A stretch of DNA of 63,680 nucleotides, filler included, from Octopus bimaculoides (taxonomy: Eukaryota), in the NCBI RefSeq assembly GCF_001194135.2. It is 8 parts of 8 records of this genome, joined end to end, with 100 filler letters (N's around TTAATTAATTAA, not from the genome) between each part and the next. Parts side by side here need not be neighbours in the genome. Positions count along the whole stretch, not along the records: positions 10,957 to 31,645 come from NC_069003.1; 7 more parts are not named here. The stretch is one strand, 5' to 3'. Position numbers and translations under genes: made by a program. Positions 11,931 through 22,995 of the stretch are shown here, piece after piece. The first letter of the stretch is position 1. Each line of letters opens with the position of its first letter. The notes beneath the pieces were generated by a model. The model was not told the DNA's origin. It ran no database searches and saw nothing but the letters and a program-made list of their open reading frames with translations.

Positions 11931-12893
11931 GATAGCTTACAGTTCCTATTAATATTATGTTCAGCACTAATAAACATAGAATTTAAGTAAAAGTTTTTAA
12001 TATATTCTAATCTTAAAGTAACAGACCCAGTTTCTCCGGCTTTGCCCCTCTTTGTATGTATTTACAGTTGCAGATGTATTTATAAATTTATCGGATCATA
12101 AAAAAAATAAAACAGTATCGATCCATGAAGTCCTGTAAGGGTTAATAATACGGCTGGGATTAAAGATATATGTGACAGCAACTCATTGTATAATGAATAA
12201 CTAAAGAGGAGCGATTAAAGATATAGACTGGTTGAGAGTTAAATCAAAGTGATTACGTTGGTTGATAAAGATCCGTTTTCTGGTCTATGTAGAAAAATAA
12301 ACAACTAACAAATGTAGGCGTCCCAGATAAAACAACATTCTTTACGGCTAGCAGCTAGCTTTGTATGAATGCAGATGTTCTTTCAGTAATAAAGCAGCGA
12401 ATAATGGTTGTCAGGAAATATAAACACTAAAAGGTGCATGAAGCGAATGAATTACAGGGCAACCCTTAGATTACTAGCCTTTCCGCTGTTTATTCCCAAA
12501 TCGATTTCTTACTAATTTATTCATTGTAAATTATTTATGAATATCGAAGCATGTTACGCTAAAGAAAATTGAGGAACTGTTAAAGCAGGTGAAAATTTTC
12601 GGAGAGTTTTTAATACAAGAATATTTTTCGCAACTGTGTATGACTGCTTGACGAAACCCGATCCCAGATACACTCACGTCTGTTACCTGCCACCTAAACC
12701 GTTTCTTTTCTTTTTGGATTACACATGAGAAACGAGTGAATAAAATTTTGCTGTAGCTTCTTTTTATACGAAAGACAATACGAATGGTTAAATATGACAA
12801 GTACAAGAGATAAGAGGGAAGAAAATTTACGATACTGAAAGTAAATTAGCCAGGTTTGGGCAGTACACCTCTGGCAGCGGACTGGACATAATC

Positions 12894-13024
12894 ATGGATA
12901 ATGATGAAGAAAATGTGAAGGAACCTGGTGAAAATGTTTACCTTACAGCAAAGGCTCCGGAAGGGGATGTATCTCTGTCCCATTCAATACAAAATCTTAC
13001 GAAGTCAGTGCAAAACCTTGCAAG
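12894..13024 (+). CDS. Candidate coding exon of an unknown gene (MDNDEENVKEPGENVYLTAKAPEGDVSLSHSIQNLTKSVQNLAR)
   Basis: Frame open from 12798, non-repetitive protein-like composition, donor AAG/gtatgt at 13024/13025; no homolog recognised. Confidence 0.35.
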
Positions 13025-13612
13025 GTATGTACGAAGTTATTTAATTGTTTAGCCCTAGCTCCTCTCCTGTCGAGCGAACATATAACTGACGTTCTAGTCG
13101 TGACCTATCTATTTTTTTTTTTTACTTGTATCTTGGATGATACTACATTGCTTCATGTATGTTCCTTTATAAATAAGACGGGTGTGATGTGATTTGACGA
13201 GAATTTGGCTGCTGTTTCTAGCAGTCAGTGCTATCTCGTGGAGGCTCACCTCGTTCGTTCATAACATCCCGACCAAGTTTGTTAGTGCTTGCATGCATAT
13301 ACGAACGTAATTGATGGATGTGCGTGCGTGCGTGCGTTTGTGTTGGCGATTTCTTTGTCGCAGATTCAAACCGGTGATTAAGAAAGTGACAAAACTCTTT
13401 TCTACGGATCAAAACGGTACCTAGAACTCGTGAATATGTTCCTAGAATTCGTGATATGTACATATATGTAGGTGCGTATGCATGCATGCACTTTTGTATG
13501 TATGTATGTATGTATGTATATTTGTTTGTTTGTTTGAAGCCTTGCAAGTCAACCGCTGGTCTTAAGAGCCATTTCAGAACACAAATGTAATGGAGGTCGA
13601 GATGATACAGGT

Positions 13613-14068
13613 CAGCGGTTCTCAACCATTTTTTTTTGTTTAGCTATGGACCCCTTTAATATCTGTTTTTCTAAGACGGACCCTCATAGCCATTCGACGT
13701 TTAAAAATACCCATTATTATATTTTTTTATAATTAAATTTTATTAAAAACTGTGTAAAAGAATTGTAAAAATATCTTGTGGATTGTAGAAGTATAACAAT
13801 ATATTGCACATAAATTTTAACACCAATATCCTATATGGACCCCTCCAAGGATCATATAGACCAGTGCTCTGCAACCGGTATGCTGCGGTACACTGGTGTG
13901 CCATGAGACGATGCTTGGTGTGCCGCAGTGTAACCTGAATATAATTTTTCCCCCTATTCTTTTAGTTATATTTTTAGTTCAGGTGTGCCACCGAATTTTG
14001 AAAAGAATATAAGCGTACCGCAAGTGAAAAAAGTTTGCGGAGCAATGATATAGACCTCGGTTCTACTG
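13613..14068. mobile_element. Older hAT (Charlie-like) MITE, interrupted by a second hAT MITE
   Basis: Starts cagcggttctcaacc, internal ggacccc motifs, degraded right end. Confidence 0.6.
13862..14047. mobile_element. hAT MITE with 15-bp imperfect TIRs and 8-bp TSD
   Basis: TIRs cagtgctctgcaacc / gtttgcggagcaatg; TSD atatagac at 13854-13861 and 14048-14055. Confidence 0.85.
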
Positions 14069-15033
14069 ATGGAAATTTACACAACTATTATATCAAGAAG
14101 AAGCGATCATGTATCTGTGTGTATAACGTATGCTTGGGCATTCCTACAGAATAGCCTGGAAATTATTTAGTGCGCCAAAAAGCGTAATTTTTCAGAAGTG
14201 TTTCTTTTTAAGCATAGCAGATTTATATTCTGCAGAAACGGATGGGGTTAGGAGGAATATAGCCCCCCCCCCCATCACCACCTCCCGCACTACGGAAACT
14301 CAACAAAAACGCGAAAGAATTGTTTTCTTTGAAATGAAACTAATACAAACCTAATCTGACAAAATGGTCATTGGGCGATCTTTGTTTTCTTTTTATCATA
14401 ATTTGTTTTAAAAAACACTAAAATATAAGAAAAGGAGGATCTTTTTAAAAATTCTTCCAAATCACTTGAAGTATTTCCTATTTTCACCAGATATTTAAAA
14501 AAAAAATTTTCAAACCTTGGTGTAGTTTTAAATGCTGATGGTGAAAATCACATTCATTTTGACTAGAAATTAATAATTGTAAACAAAGTTTGGTGGTGGG
14601 AAAACAAAACTACCAATCCTATCATCGTCGTCGTCAACAGTTCACTTCATACAATAATAATATTGATAATATTATTATTAGCACTACCACCGCTACCGTT
14701 TACTTTTAAACTTTGTTTACAATTTTATCATAAGAAAATAGAGAGTCTATTTAACATCGCTTTATGGGGTCCTTTAAGTGCTTTATTTAATATCGATATA
14801 TCCGTCCCGCTAAGTGCTTTAACGATAGTATATTCCGTGAGTTCCTTGGAGATTGATTTTGATTTTAATATTAATAATACTAAAAATGGAAAGCACCTGG
14901 GCCTGTCACAAGCGACGAAATAAGCGGATCCATTACACAATGTTTCATCAATTTTCGTTTTTAGACGTTGGCTGCTATTTCTACCAGGTCGAGAGATCAC
15001 ATAATGGTTACGTCTTCTGTGCGTGTGTGTGCT

Positions 15034-15118
15034 GTTTCCATGGAGACACAGTTGCGACTTCCGATTGGCTAAAATTACATAATTTAAAAAAAAATTTGTA
15101 ATTTTAGCCAATCGGAAG
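15034..15118. promoter_or_regulatory. RFX X-box plus perfect 22-bp inverted repeat containing two CCAAT boxes
   Basis: GTTTCCATGGAGAC (15034-15047) fits RYYNYY-N2-RRNRAC; arms 15058-15079 and 15097-15118 are exact reverse complements containing attgg/ccaat. Confidence 0.45.
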
Positions 15119-15315
15119 CCGTTATAATTGTGACTTTCTCTTTCTTTTGTTCTCTCTTTTTTTTTTATTAATTTCTGGGTAAAAAAAATGTGGTTTTCGT
15201 CATTGTTATGCAAAACTACATCATTTCTGACAGCTAATACCATAACAGTGCCTATATATNNNNNNNNNNNNNNNNNNNNNNNNNNNNNNNNNNNNNNNNN
15301 NNNNNNNNNNNNNNN

Positions 15316-15465
15316 ATCTGGATGTTTGTACATTTACAGATTTTTATTGATGTCACATATTAAATAAAGCGCTTTTCACCTAGTCGTGTAGGATTTTCAA
15401 ATTGTTTTCAAATTTATTTAATATGTGACATTAATAAAAATCTGTAAATGTACAAACATCCAGAT
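15316..15465. repeat. Inverted repeat with 53-bp arms (1 mismatch) and 44-bp spacer; probable MITE interior truncated by a gap
   Basis: 15316-15368 is the reverse complement of 15413-15465. Confidence 0.85.
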
Positions 15466-18037
15466 TTCTGAGTACCTTAATATTTTTCTATATATATATG
15501 ACGTGTGTCAGTATGTGTACGACCCCGCCAATTTTTTTAATTTTTATCTCACATTAAGTTCCGCTCTAATCGTAATCTACACACTCTGAAAGCTATTTTA
15601 TAAAAAATCTCATAAAAAAAAAAAAATTACCCATTTTTTTCTGAAAGTTATGAGTAAAGAAAGCCGTCTTGCGCGAATTTTCCAAAACTCCTCACCCCAC
15701 TCACGAAAAAAATTTTTCCCCTACATATCCGGATATAATCAGAATCTACACCATCCGAAGCGTATTTGCAGGAAAGTTCATTAAAAAAATAAATAATCCT
15801 CTTGCTGGAAGTTACGAGGCAACAAAGTCGGGTGGGAGGAGGAGGAAGGGGTAGGCAAGCCCATATTGATTGCTGTTTACCTGCGGCACTGACCTGCACC
15901 ACAACAACATAATGTTTGTAGTTGCCTACTGTTCTTCAATGCATAGGCTATACAAGGCGAGAACCAAAAAAAGAATCTTGTTCAATACTTTGCTTATGTT
16001 TGCGTACACACCTCCAAGTTTTTCCATCTGAACAGGTTGCATTTCACCAAACGCATTGACTGGTCAATGACGGCATATAGCTGAATTATATAAATTAATC
16101 GCAACGATACAAGAAAGTGACAGAGGGCTTAACTTTCCTTTTCATAGACTAATAGTCTTCCTCTTTTATTTCATTGCTGAATCTTGTCATTTACTATCGA
16201 ACAAAATTTCATTTTCATTTTATTTTGCCTGCCATTGCCATGTAGTTTCAGTTTCTAGATCAGAGAACGAAAGATCGCCAAGAATCATTATTCTTAATTG
16301 TTTAACACGTAAACCGTTTTTTTTTTGTTTTTTTTAAATAAGATCAAAACTGAAAAATTACGAAAATCGAGGGTGAGGAGCATGGACAATTTTTTTTTCC
16401 AGAATCGTACAATATTTTAAACATACACATCTAAAAAATTAGTTTTTAGCGCAGTAAATAATTTCCGACTCTATTCTACAGGAATGCCCTCTACATATCT
16501 CTTATGCCTACTCGCGTAGTAGTAGTAGTAATAGTAAGGAGAATACAGAATTGGTAAAAAAAAAAAATGGTGGAATGTACTGTTTACCTGGAAATTTATG
16601 CGATTATTGTCAGAAATAACACATTAATGGTTAATACTTGGCGAACTTAAACAAGTCTTTTATAATTTCATTCACATCATAAATGCTTTCTTGGAATATT
16701 AAATCGATCATCTAATACTTGTTTGTTTTTCTTTTTCTCATCGCAAATTGGTAAATAATAGCGTTGTTAGCAACAAGTTTCTAACGGAGTAACAACTAAA
16801 TTTCTGATAGAGATAACAAGACTTTTTTTTTTTGTTTATAAATATCGGCGAAATATATACACACTTACGTACGTTTACTTCTGTTTTTAATTAGTTGAAA
16901 TCTTCCCCAGAGGAAGTTTCCAACATAGATACAAAACTCCGTCGTTTGAATGGGGATAACAAAAGTAAATTCACATTTTAAACTTGCCTATTTTACTGTC
17001 TCACAGACTATTTGCAATGTGTGGATTAGCTGGTTGATTTCTTTTTCTGACAACCCCAAGTTTATCCAAAATCAAATGCACCAATTATTGTTGGTATAAA
17101 TGTGAATTTATATTCTGGATATAGAAGCTGGAGTTTTCGAAGTAGTTGACCAACCAACAATATGCAGCCTGTTATGTATACACTTGACAAGTTTTGATGG
17201 AAATTTTCCTTCAACATTCCTTGTGTATGTATTCATTAACAGAAGGAAAAATAAGTAATTTCTGATTTCTTAGCGTTTTCTCTCTACCTGTTCGAAATCA
17301 TTACATTGCAAGTATTGCAACATCATTTTGTACTGTTGCATAATACTGGGGAGTAAAAATTGGTCAGTATAGTTTTTGAAGTTGAGAGAGTTTGAAACAT
17401 AGTCAGCTGACAGTTACTTTTTTTTTCAAGAAATTTTTCCTCAATTTCAACCTGATTGTAATTAAGGTTGCTAATAAAATATCTGAATAATTTTAGGTGT
17501 TTAACAATCAAAAATTCTTTTCTCTCTTGAATTCCAAGTCAAGTTTCCCCCACACTATTGTCTAATTTGATTATTTTCAATTTTCATGCAACGATGTGTA
17601 AATGTATCAAGAAGAAAGCCACTCCAGCAGATCACAAAGAAACTATTATAAATTTAGTTGAGTTTCATTAATTTCATATCATGTTCCATTACCCCTGATT
17701 TTCTTTCATTTGACCTAGATATTTAAATTTTTTATTTCAATTCTGATTTTTCTGATGTCTCAGGATGCGTAGGAATCTTTTTTTTTTTTAATATAATTCT
17801 GCAGAATCAAAGAGGCAAATTTACCTTATGTTGTCTTACTTATTTTGCCCTGGCTAAATTTATCCATTGTATGCTCAAAGACAATAAGTGTGTGAATCTG
17901 AGAGGGGAATATGTTTGATAAAATCATAATTAACTGATCTCCTGTATTTTCTTTTACCCAAAAGCGAGGAACTTTTCAGCACTTACCTTGTACTAAGCAA
18001 ATTTTTGGAAAAAAAGATATGATAAATACAAGATGCA

Positions 18038-18242
18038 GCTTATACCATTTGTTCCTTCTGTACATTGCACCATTTTGATTATCAGCATCTTCTGCAGTGG
18101 TTGTTCCAAGTGCAATAGCTTGCTGAACTGCAACAATTCTTTGGGATTGTGATTCAGCATTTAATTGTACTTGAAACACCTACTGCAGAGGATGCAAGTA
18201 ATGATAGTGGTGAAACCTATGTAAAAAGCAAATGATATAAGC
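18038..18242. repeat. 205-bp imperfect foldback (arms about 100 nt, 4-nt loop)
   Basis: Outer 58 nt of the arms align without gaps at 41/58; inner arms also pair; loop tttg at 18140-18143. Confidence 0.75.
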
Positions 18243-18267
18243 ACACACATGCACGTACGCATGTGTG

Positions 18268-18312
<45 letters not shown>

Positions 18313-18316
<4 letters not shown>

Positions 18317-18597
18317 TGTTCAAAAGAATTCCAACTCTGTCTATCTTTTATCTTTTATTTATATTCTTATAAAATTAATGTGGGACTTCTGTCACACGGG
18401 ACCTTGAAGACTGCTAGAAAGTAGGAAAGTATACTAGTCCTTATATATTTAATATTCAATATTTCATTCATTCAATACTTCATTTCATTTTACTATATAT
18501 ATTATATATTCCATATTCTATATCCCTCATTAATTTTATAAGAATATAAATAAAACATAAAAAACAGACAGAATTGGAATTCCTTTTGAACAATATA
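18313..18597. mobile_element. MITE with about 70-bp TIRs in TA context
   Basis: ctgttcaaaagaattcc...aaaattaatg vs cattaatttt...ggaattccttttgaacaa; another end of the family at about 31580-31645. Confidence 0.8.
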
Positions 18598-18984
18598 TGC
18601 CTCTATACACTATCATACAAACCCCTTAAAAAATTTTTTTTTTATTTATATATTTATATATATATTCTATAATACTGTTTTAGTTTGTTATGCCATGTGG
18701 GCAGAGACTGAAGATTGTGTGAAAGCACCAGATGTGTTTTCAAATACTGAGTTGTTTTCATCACATGAAACTATTAGTAGCTCATAAAAATATATACTGT
18801 GTTTATTAAATATTTATCTCTCATCAGATGGAGTACTTTTTTGTTGATCTTATACACACACACACACTCATACACATGTATGTATATAATATAACAAATG
18901 AGAGGAAAAAACGATTCCTTCAAGTGGGGGTAAAACATAGAATTCACTGGTATGGCAGTTGAATACCTCAGAAATAGGGGTCAT

Positions 18985-19745
18985 CATCATCATCATCATC
19001 GTCATTTAACGTCTGCTTTCCATGCTGGTATGGGGTGGATGGCTTGACTGAGGACTTCAATCTGATCTGGCAAAGTTTCTACAGCTGGGTGCCCTTCCGA
19101 ACGCCAACCACTCAACAGTATAGTGGGTGCTTTTTACGTAGCACTGGCATAAAAGCCAGTCAGATGGCACTAGCAATGACCATGCTCGAATGGCGCTTTT
19201 AATGTGCCACTGGCATGGGAGCCAGTCAGGCAGCACTAGCAACGACACGTTCAAGTGGTGCTTTTTAAGTGCCACCAGCACAGGAGCCAGTCAGGCGGCA
19301 CGGGCAATGACCATGCTTGAATGGTGCTTTTCACATGCCACCAGCACAGGTGCCAGTCAGGGAGTACTGGTATTGGCCACGACAATGACTTCACTTGACT
19401 CAACAAGTCTTTGCAAGCACAGTTTATTGCCCAAAGATTGAAGGGTACTCTTAAATGGGCTGGTTATGCCGCCCTGGCATAGGCCTCAGTTACAGTCTCA
19501 CTTGGCTTGCCGAGTCTTCTCAAGCACAGCATATCTCCAAAGGTCTCGGTCACTTGTCATCATCTTCATGAAGCCCAAGTAAACCTGTCTCCTAGCTTCC
19601 CTTCTGGCAATCTGATACAATTCCCTGCTACCACCATTCTTCCAGTCCTTCCATGTCTGTTTTCTGTTTCTTTTCCCTAATGGCCCTGTCAACTACATTG
19701 TTCCACCACCGCGTTACCTTGGGTTGAGAGGGGAATTTACTTTTG
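18985..19745 (-). mobile_element. Internally deleted RTE LINE: post-endonuclease segment joined to ORF C-terminus, 3' UTR with 4 x about 66-bp repeats, (TGA)n tail
   Basis: VTRWWNNVVDRAIREKK...WKDWKNGGSRELYQIARREARRQVYL joined to GFMKMMTSDRDLWRYAVLEKTRQAK*; repeat units start at 19127, 19193, 19258, 19324. Confidence 0.8.
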
Positions 19746-19972
19746 ACACTACTTCTAATGCTGTCACTTGTCTTACCTGTAGTAGCCATATATGCAGGTA
19801 ACTTCAAACTTAATAAGCTGAGGATCACTCAATATTTTGGTATCACTATTAACAAGTGCAGTGCAAATAATGCATGTAAATGCATGGTACACACAATGCC
19901 ACTTGTGGTTGTGCAGTGAACTTGACTGGAGACCACAGGAATTTCAGCTTCCCCCTTATAATTTATCTAGAT

Positions 19973-20542
19973 CAGGGGTCAGTGAACCAGGGTAAATTAT
20001 CCCAAGTGGGGTCCAAATGAAATTCTTGGGGGTAATGAAGACCCATTAGACATAAGTAAAATTATATGAAAAACGTATTCCTTGTTACAACAGAAATTTT
20101 TCTTCTGGCATGAGGAGGCAGTCTAAAAGTTGTTGCCTTTTGCAACAACCTACCTTTGCAAACAAGGATTTTCCTCTCTAATGAACATAAAACCGAAGTA
20201 GAGTAATTGATTGGACCCCCAGAGACTGTATCCAAATTACTCTGGCATCAAAATGCCTCAATTTTGATGTAACCGTAACAAAAATGAAACATCATTTCTC
20301 CAAAACCTGAAGTGAAAAAGTTTCTAGAAAAATCCTTTTGTTTCATAATGAAGATATTAATTTATTTTATCACTTTTGTTTTATACTTTTTATATTTATA
20401 ATTGTATTCTCCATATAAATAGATTCAATAAACCCTTTTGAATTCAAAGAATCTATGATTTTCTTCTGTTCAAATCAAGGGGGTAATGTTGGTGTAAATA
20501 AATATATTTTGGGGTAATTGGTTAAAAAGTCCCCCACCCCCG
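19973..20542 (+). mobile_element. hAT (Charlie/Buster-like) deletion derivative with transposase dimerisation-domain remnant
   Basis: caggggtc...cacccccg ends, TSD atctagat/atcttgat, KLLPFATTYLCKQGFSSLMNIK. Confidence 0.85.
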
Positions 20543-21699
20543 ATCTTGATTAAAGGAGTGCTGAACCATCAATTGTAGAAAAATTGGTGGTGTATCTGTA
20601 TATATGTATATATGTCCCACTGTGTACCACCAATATCTTCAACTGTATCCTTTGGCCAACAAAAGCCTTGTGAATGAATCAGGTAGATGGAAATTAAAAT
20701 AGGCCTGTCATATGCGGACATGTAATGTATGTATACATGCCCTTGTTTAGACATCATATGATAGTTAACTTTAAAACAATGATGATGATGATAATTATGA
20801 TGATGATGATACACATACATATACACACATATATGCACACATGTATATGTGTGTGTGTTTATATATATACAAAAAGGAAAAAAAACAGAACAAAGTTAGT
20901 TTTACTTTGTATTTCTATATTTCGGGGTTATAACCTTTTCTTCAGGACATTTGGCAAAAGTGGTAGTTGGTAAAAGTCATTGTTCAGTTGAGTGGGGAAG
21001 GAAGGAGGAAGGTGTAATGTGCAGACTGGTGTTGCTATGGTAACACGTAGTACATCATATATATAGCATTTTATTCCATTTCAACTTGTATTTCTACCAT
21101 GTCTAGAGTCAAAGTATCATGAAGTGCTGTCATTGCCTCTTTGCTGTTACGAGCCAGTTCACTTTAGTACTGTCCTGAAAATATGTATACCCACTCCTTC
21201 ATGTCATTTTGTATGTCTCATTCGTTAGAAGTTTCATTTTGGGCCTATTAAAAATTTATAGCTTGTCTCGTTATTATGTATCTGCCACAATGTAGACATA
21301 TGTCTTGCTCATTTGCAGCATACCCAGCAATGCCACTCCCACCTCCTATACCAGAAACCTTTCTTCTGTACCAATCTGTACTGTGAGCTTTCTTCTCTTC
21401 CCACTCCCCTCACTGACGTCAGCACTCTATCAATATTATTATTTTACAATGTAAAAAAAGGCATAGCTAGTATGTTTGTTCCAGAAGTATGATGCAAATG
21501 TACTAACCAGTGAATTAATTAATCAGTACTATTTATCTTTGCACAAACAACTGTGCATATCACACCCACTTCTGGTCGATGCAACAGGTGTGAAGTGAAT
21601 GAATGATAGTGAATTAAATGCAACAGACTTATCATATATGGTACGCCTGTTGGCATACTTCTGTGCAAATCTTCTTTTCAGATGTAGAATGCTTTCTTC

Positions 21700-22290
21700 T
21701 ATTCCCTTGTTCCCTTTTATCACTCTTCCACACACCTAGGGCTGGCTCACTCAACATAGGTACATTTAAAGGTAGGTCTGGTAAGATTGTTGAGATGCTT
21801 GAATGGAGGTGTATAGATGCATGTTGCATTCAAAATGTAAGATGGAAGGGAGAATTTTCCAGATTCCTCACAGCAAAGAGCATAGGTATAAAATCTTCTG
21901 AGTCAGTAATAATAATTGGGTTAATGGTGTGGGCATACATATTGCTGAAAAATTGGTGGATAGAGTGATTGAGGGTGTCAGAATGTGTGTCAGACTAGTT
22001 TTGCAAAATAGTACAGCAGCTATTATTTCTACCTACTCTCCTTAAGCAGAGCTGTCAGGCAAACAAAGGAATTGATTTTATGACACCTTTTTGCCCACTA
22101 CCTCAATGACAAATGACAGTGACCTTATCTTTGAGGCTAGTGATTTCAATGGGCCTGTTGGGCAGCATCTGGGTGGCTTCTTTAATGTGCATGGAAGCTA
22201 TGGAGCTGGTTCCTGCAATGAGGAGTAACTAGGGCTACTGGAGTCCTGTGATGCAAATGTCCTAATAATCTACAATACTAACTTCAAGAA
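21700..22290 (+). pseudogene. RTE LINE AP-endonuclease N-terminal fragment
   Basis: AGSLNIGTFKGRSGKIVEMLEWRCIDACCIQNVRWKG; later DFNG and NTNFKK motifs. Confidence 0.8.
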
Positions 22291-22404
22291 ATCAGCTAGT
22301 CCAACACCTTTCCTGCACATTGAGTAGAACCATTCACCTGACCAAAAGAGAGTCTTACAGTTCTATATTTAAGAGATGAGGAATTATGTACATTATTTAC
22401 ATTT

Positions 22405-22544
22405 TTACATTCGATGGATATTTGGCCTCATCTTGTTTTTTGTTAACAAAACGTTTCGGCTGATATACCCTGGCTGGAGGGTATATCAGCCGAAATGTTG
22501 TGTTAACAACAAACAAGATGAGGACAAATATCCATCGAATGTAA
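22405..22544. mobile_element. Palindrome (67-bp arms, 4 mismatches, 6-nt loop) built from Penelope-type pseudo-LTR ends with half a hammerhead
   Basis: Arms 22405-22471 and 22478-22544; contains acgtttcg/cgaaatgt and stem ggctg...cagcc-GAAA. Confidence 0.7.
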
Positions 22545-22569
22545 ATATTGAAAGAGAGTTTTGTTCCAC

Positions 22570-22995
22570 CACTACGTCACCCTCAGCCTGACCAGGACTT
22601 TGCACCAGCCACAAATTTGGTCTCTAGCCCTCGGTAGGTTGTCCTTCAGGAACTTCCAGTTTTCCTCTAAGCTATATGTTTCCAGCTTCTCTTTCTTACC
22701 AGAAGCTTCCATTACAATATCTTTAAATTCCTGTTGATTTGCTGTATCTTTGGCCTTCCATAACCTCCTTCTCCAGATTGGTTTTCTTCTCTTGAGTCCT
22801 TCTAGCTCTAATTCAGAAGTCACTCACCAGTAAACTATGTTGGGTTGTACATTTTTCACTTAGGAAAGACTTTGCCTTTACAATCGTCTGTCTGTCTCAT
22901 TGTCTAGTGAAGATGTAATCAATCTGGTTTGTGTGCCCACCAGACTGATAGGCAATCAGCTAGTTTGCTAGTTTTCTGAAGTTAGTGTTGCAGGC
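22570..22995 (-). pseudogene. RTE LINE fragment (end of APE plus linker)
   Basis: CNTNFRK...YQSGGHTNQIDYIF...QHSLLVSDF; RRKPIWRRRLWK...WKFLKDNL...DQICGWCKV. Confidence 0.8.
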
